Positions 62,156-64,000 of a stretch of 64,000 nucleotides of DNA are shown here, piece after piece. The translations under genes were made by a program, and so were the position numbers. The notes beneath the pieces were generated by a model. The model was not told the DNA's origin, ran no database searches, and saw only the letters and a program-made list of their open reading frames with translations. Every line of letters begins with the position of its first letter. The first letter of the stretch is position 1. Where the stretch lies: contig CAZVHP010000001.1 in the NCBI GenBank assembly GCA_964627305.1, forward strand, positions 454,171 through 518,170, in the 5' to 3' direction. This DNA is from an uncultured Ignavibacteriales bacterium. Lineage in GTDB: Bacteria > Zixibacteria > MSB-5A5 > GN15 > FEB-12.

Positions 62156-63221
62156 CACTGCCTTCACATATGCTCGCCGTTGCGCGCTGCTCCTTCTGGC
62201 CGTCTGTGCGCTCAGCCTGCCCACTCCGGCCGCTGCCCAGCCAGACACTCCCGCCGACACCGTCAGCTCCCTGCCCGGCATCGAAATCGAAACCGGCGTC
62301 GATCAGGCCGAAATGTATGTCGGCGACCGCATCAACTACAGCGTCACCATCACCTATGATTCCACCTATCAGCTTATTCCGCCACCGCTCGGCGCCAACC
62401 TCGGGGCCTTCGATGTCAAAGACTACAACCCCGATCTCACCACCCGTCTGCCCGATGGACGCATACGCAATGTCACCTCCTTCGAACTCAGTACCTTCAC
62501 AACCGGCGAATACATCATCCCGCCCGTGCCCGTTGCCTTCATCCTGCCCGACAGCACCGTCAGGGTCCTGATGTCCGAACCAGTGCCCATCAACGTCAAA
62601 TCGCTGATCCTCTCCGACAGCGACTCCCTTGACATCCGGGGACTCAAAGACCCCTATGAGTTCGAGCGCGACTACACTCGCTACTACCTCTATGGTGCCA
62701 TAGCTCTGGCCGCCCTTCTGGCCGCACTCGCACTCTGGTGGTGGCGACGCCGACGCCGCACCGCTCCCGCCCGGCCCGAAGACACCCGCACCCCGTGGGA
62801 AATCGCCTTCGAGCGGCTCGCCATGCTCAAACAGCAGGGCCTGCCGTCCGCCACTGACGACGGCTTCAAGCCCTGGTACTTCGATCTGACCGACATCGCG
62901 CGCGAGTATCTCGGCCGCATCTACCAACGCAACGTGCTCGATATGACCACCGAGGAGTTCCTGCACAGTTTCAGCAGCGACATGCTGCCCGACGACCTCT
63001 ATGACCGTTGCCGCGACTTCTTCCGCCATGCCGATCTGGTCAAGTTCGCCAAATTCCGACCCGAAGACAGACGCATCGGCGATGACTTCGATTTCGTGTA
63101 CCAAATGATCGATCAGGTCCGTATCGACTACCAGCACCGCGAGGCCGAGAAGGCCGCTGCTCTGGCCGCCGCCCGCATCGGTAAATCCGCTGTCTCCGGA
63201 GCAGGGGAGGTGACCCGATGA
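62145..63221 (+). CDS. BatD-like ectodomain + TM + DUF4381-like tail protein
   Basis: 358 aa. It has a signal peptide, a beta-rich domain, a TM helix (YLYGAIALAALLAALALWWW) followed by RRRRR, and a tail PWEIAFERLAMLKQQG...EEFLHSF...ADLVKFAKFRP typical of DUF4381 proteins in Bat operons. Confidence 0.55.
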   Translation: MSGNTAFTYARRCALLLLAVCALSLPTPAAAQPDTPADTVSSLPGIEIETGVDQAEMYVGDRINYSVTITYDSTYQLIPPPLGANLGAFDVKDYNPDLTTRLPDGRIRNVTSFELSTFTTGEYIIPPVPVAFILPDSTVRVLMSEPVPINVKSLILSDSDSLDIRGLKDPYEFERDYTRYYLYGAIALAALLAALALWWWRRRRRTAPARPEDTRTPWEIAFERLAMLKQQGLPSATDDGFKPWYFDLTDIAREYLGRIYQRNVLDMTTEEFLHSFSSDMLPDDLYDRCRDFFRHADLVKFAKFRPEDRRIGDDFDFVYQMIDQVRIDYQHREAEKAAALAAARIGKSAVSGAGEVTR

Positions 63222-64000
63222 TCCTCGATTTCGCCGGCATGCGCCTGAGCTTCTTCGATATCCTCGATCTGACCATCCCCGCCGAAGTGATCTTCATTGT
63301 CGGCGCCCTCATCATTGCCGCCATGCTTTATTACCAGTTCCGCGCCCGACGCTACCAATCGGCCACCATCAAATACTCCGACCTGCGCATCGTCAAGCGC
63401 GCCGCCCGCACCAGCCGCCAGCGATTCCGCTTCATTGTCCCCCTGCTGCGCGTTCTGGCCGTCATCCTCCTGCTGGTCGCCTTCGCCCGGCCCCGCGCCG
63501 GTACCGAGTACCAGGAAGTCACCTCGGAGGGAATCGATATCATGATGGCCCTTGACATCTCCTCATCAATGATGGCCGAGGACTTCAAGCCCCACAATCG
63601 CCTGCATGTCGCCAAAGAGGAAATCAAAAAATTCATCCAGCGACGCACCAATGATCGCATCGGCCTGGTCGTTTTCGCCCGCCATGCCTTCACCCAGTGC
63701 CCCCTCACAACGGACTACGGCGTCCTGCTGAATTTCGTCGATCAGGTCGACTTCGGCATGGTCGACGACGGCACCGCCATCGGTATGGCCATCGCCACCG
63801 CCGTCAACCGGTTGCGCGATTCCGACTCCGAAAGCAAAATCCTCGTGCTGCTCACCGATGGGGACAACAACGCCGGCGAAATCGATCCCCTCACCGCCGC
63901 CAATCTCGCCCGGGCACTCGACATCAAGGTCTACACCATCGGCGTCGGCAAATCCGGCAACGCCATGTTCCCCGTCAATGACCCCATTTTCGGCAAGCGG
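63218..64000 (+). CDS. batA: BatA-like von Willebrand factor A domain membrane protein (3' end outside window)
   Basis: ATG 63218 overlaps the upstream stop (ATGA), and the frame is open to the window end. There are two N-terminal TM helices, then VWA/MIDAS DIMMALDISSSM, GTAIGMAIATAV and LLTDGDNNAG. It is not in the ORF track because it has no stop in the window. Confidence 0.8.
   Translation, partial: MILDFAGMRLSFFDILDLTIPAEVIFIVGALIIAAMLYYQFRARRYQSATIKYSDLRIVKRAARTSRQRFRFIVPLLRVLAVILLLVAFARPRAGTEYQEVTSEGIDIMMALDISSSMMAEDFKPHNRLHVAKEEIKKFIQRRTNDRIGLVVFARHAFTQCPLTTDYGVLLNFVDQVDFGMVDDGTAIGMAIATAVNRLRDSDSESKILVLLTDGDNNAGEIDPLTAANLARALDIKVYTIGVGKSGNAMFPVNDPIFGKR

Noticed and set aside
1-64000. 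Search for CRISPR arrays, tRNA/rRNA genes, transposases, integrases, toxin-antitoxin pairs and phage genes
   Set aside because: I saw no regularly spaced direct repeats, no cloverleaf-like or rRNA-like stretches in the intergenic regions, and no ORF with recombinase, transposase or phage motifs. An eye scan is not exhaustive, so tRNAscan, Infernal or CRISPR finders should confirm.

Overview
Dense, high-GC bacterial chromosomal segment (about 60-65% GC in the 60-nt lines I counted by hand). It holds roughly 58 protein-coding genes. I recognised no rRNA, tRNA, CRISPR array, transposase or integrase. Left to right: (i) 0.7-12.2 kb is a motility/polarity block: a PATAN(DUF4388) protein, three extra Roadblock/LC7 proteins (one TPR-fused, one membrane-anchored), a clear mglA and mglB, then pilB-pilT-pilC and a PilS-like histidine kinase. 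The mglA carries an unusual ~160-aa Pro-rich tail ending in a MinD-like amphipathic helix. (ii) 12.3-15.1 kb is housekeeping: a SurA-like PPIase lipoprotein, a polyprenol/DAG-kinase-family protein and a cold-shock protein. (iii) 15.2-21.8 kb encodes accessory secreted proteins and lipoproteins, including a FISUMP-domain lipoprotein and three paralogous cohesin-like proteins; one of these has a dockerin-like Ca-loop pair and a T9SS C-terminal sorting domain. (iv) sdhCAB (dihaem-b type), an MBL hydrolase and threonine aldolase follow. (v) A lower-GC island at 27.5-31.1 kb carries an m5C methyltransferase (N-terminal RHH-like domain, palindromic operator inside its promoter), a CCGG-family type II endonuclease and vsr. 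(vi) Next come sucDC, a beta-barrel OMP gene interrupted by one in-frame TGA, and asparaginase-II-family and tryptophanase/tyrosine-phenol-lyase genes. REP-like hairpin repeats fill the two long intergenic regions, and a second low-GC islet carries a trypsin-like protease. (vii) 39.8-64.0 kb is one 24-kb co-directional, tightly packed array. It starts with T9SS porU and an oversized porV-like gene, then a CTD-bearing M6-like metalloprotease, NHL and DUF5683-like proteins, a 1108-aa predicted outer-membrane protein coupled to an Omp85 protein, and a MoxR/DUF58/BatA-type operon. The gene content (PorU/PorV, type-A CTDs, FISUMP, DUF5683/DUF4846-like families together with MglAB and sigma70-like promoters) suggests an FCB-superphylum lineage outside classical low-GC Bacteroidia; this is inference. 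All family names come from motif recognition by eye; no database search was run.
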